This document shows, one piece after another, positions 62,401 through 64,000 of a DNA stretch of 64,000 bases. The position numbers and the translations under genes were made by a program. Within the stretch, counting starts at the first letter, position 1; each line of letters begins with the position of its first letter. Source of the stretch: Yuukianura sp. NJ FZ-2021 (Eukaryota); the NCBI GenBank assembly GCA_046563655.1, contig CM102286.1:15004001-15068000 (forward strand), in the 5' to 3' direction. The notes below the pieces were generated by a model that saw only the letters and a list, made by a program, of their open reading frames with translations, had not been told where the DNA came from and searched no databases.

Positions 62401-63859
62401 GAACAAAACGCAGGAACTGCCGGAGTCTGCTAAAATCTTCTACGCCGCGCACAAATTTCCCATCAAAGCGTTTTTCATACATTTCAAAAGTTGGAGAGCA
62501 GCCAAAGTCCCGGTTCAGAAGTTAACAAAACTATTGATTTACTCCACCACATCTTGATTCACAAACCAGTTTACAAACAACTCCACTTTTACGCTTAAAA
62601 TACACAAAGTTCATTTTCAAATAGAAAAAACGATGTGATTCGAACGAATTTTGGATGTAGATATTTGTTGTTTTAAAAATTTTAGTTTAAAATTGGCCTC
62701 TTTTCCTTATATGTTTAAACTTTATTTGTTTTTGCTTTTTGTTAAACTTTAATCTTTTTTTGCGAGTGGAGAACAAAGAGTTTTTTGGCGTTAGAAGGTT
62801 CCTGTGATTTTGTTTTGACTCAGATGTCACAATGTGTCATCCTCACTTGATCTCCAGAGAGAACCTCAAAAACAACACTTCATCTTCCTCTAATTGCAAT
62901 TAAAGTTCTCTTTTGGCGCCAGTCGCCATGACCTCTCAGGTCATTCGAGCCTCACCAAAAGTAAGAAGTTGACACGTACAGAAATCCAGAAGAAAATCAA
63001 TAGACGCCGCTCCTTAATGAGCTGTATTCTGAGCTCCCTTTTTTCAGCCTAATAGTTACTCCCTCCAAAAACTATTTTCACAAAGTAATAGTTACTCCCT
63101 CCACAAAGTCAAAAGTCAAATGATTCTTACACACGACTAAGGCACAAAATGGTCTACTACTCCCCACTCAAAACTTATTTTGAATCCAGTTTCACACGTA
63201 ACCACCCAAAAACTATCGTTAAAATGCATAACCACCCAAAAACTGTTAAAAAGCATAATCGGGAAGGTTTTTTTAGTTCCTACCACGGCGGGGGGACTTT
63301 GTGTTGTTTAATTGAAGGATTTGAATTCGGTGCGTGTTGAAATGGGTTACTTCCTCGTTGGCAGTTGTCAATTGGATACAAAGTGTTCTGCTTTTTAACT
63401 TTTTTCAACAGTTGATGGGGGAGAGTAATGAACTCTGTTTTACACTTTGAGTCTTGGAGATTAGTCTGTTAGTTTTGGATCCACAAAGTAGAAGATGCGA
63501 TACAAAGTGAGCGATAAAAGAAATGAGATACTTGTGTTTGATGAATGAGATAAATTTATGAGTGTGCTGCAATAATGTGGACTTAAAAGTCATGTGCCAA
63601 GTCCCATTAATCATGAGCTCTCCAAGTCAATTTATCCTATGAGTTTTAACTTTTGAAGTGCGTGTTGATTTGTAGATCTGCGACTGCAACTCCAGGAACA
63701 GCTCAAATGCTTCGACGCACGCGTGGAGACGCAAGTTCTTTTGACGAATGAACTGCAAGACTACTTCCGGAAGAAGGCTGAAATTGAGCTGGACTACTCC
63801 AGGAACCTGGACAAACTAGCCAAGTCACTCGTCCTCAGGCAAAAGGAACTCAAACAAAG
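59471..63859 (+). CDS. srGAP: SLIT-ROBO Rho GTPase-activating protein (srGAP)-like gene, 5' partial; exons 59471-59567 and 63676-63859, continues beyond the window
   Basis: F-BAR N-terminus LRLQLQEQLKCFDARVETQVLLTNELQDYFRKKAEIELDYSRNLDKLAK resembles srGAP; the upstream ATG exon joins in phase 1; the second exon probably ends at a GC donor (AG|GCAAGT). Confidence 0.8.
61763..61801. promoter_or_regulatory. Pair of RFX X-box-like palindromes in the srGAP first intron
   Basis: GTTACCATGGCAAC and GTAACTATGGTAAC 11 bp apart. Confidence 0.45.
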
Positions 63860-64000
63860 GCAAGTTATGAAAAAGTGTCTGAGGTCATTGACCTTTCCCA
63901 AAAAGAGAGGTCACTGGTACAATGAGGTCAACTGTCCATCTTCTCAAAGTTAGCGCTAGTTTTGACAAACGTTGTTTTTAAATATGTTTGATAAACGCAA

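Overview
AT-rich eukaryotic genomic DNA with spliceosomal introns, most consistent with an arthropod (dpr-type Ig gene, NinaB/BCO-type oxygenase, carboxylesterase, apolipophorin-like genes). A soil hexapod such as a springtail, or a mite, is a guess only. The first 12 kb is gene-dense and defence/detox-like. It holds an intron-containing, secreted phage-type GH24 lysozyme and a bacterial/mite-type cytosolic UDP-glycosyltransferase; both are likely horizontally acquired and both carry a frameshift as given. These are followed by an unrecognised two-domain Cys-rich secreted protein, two secreted amphipathic-helix (apolipophorin-III/LEA-like) proteins and a carboxylesterase. The rest is gene-sparse: a dpr-family Ig gene (-), TXNDC9/PhLP3 (+), a carotenoid oxygenase (+) and the 5' end of an srGAP-like F-BAR gene (+). 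Non-coding DNA contains hAT-, P-like and mariner-like MITEs (one nested), tRNA-derived SINE heads and RFX X-boxes. It also has a 14-mer (TAGTTACTCCCTCC) present about 15 times, and several arrays of a fixed core with variable spacers. All gene models were spliced by eye and no database searches were run.
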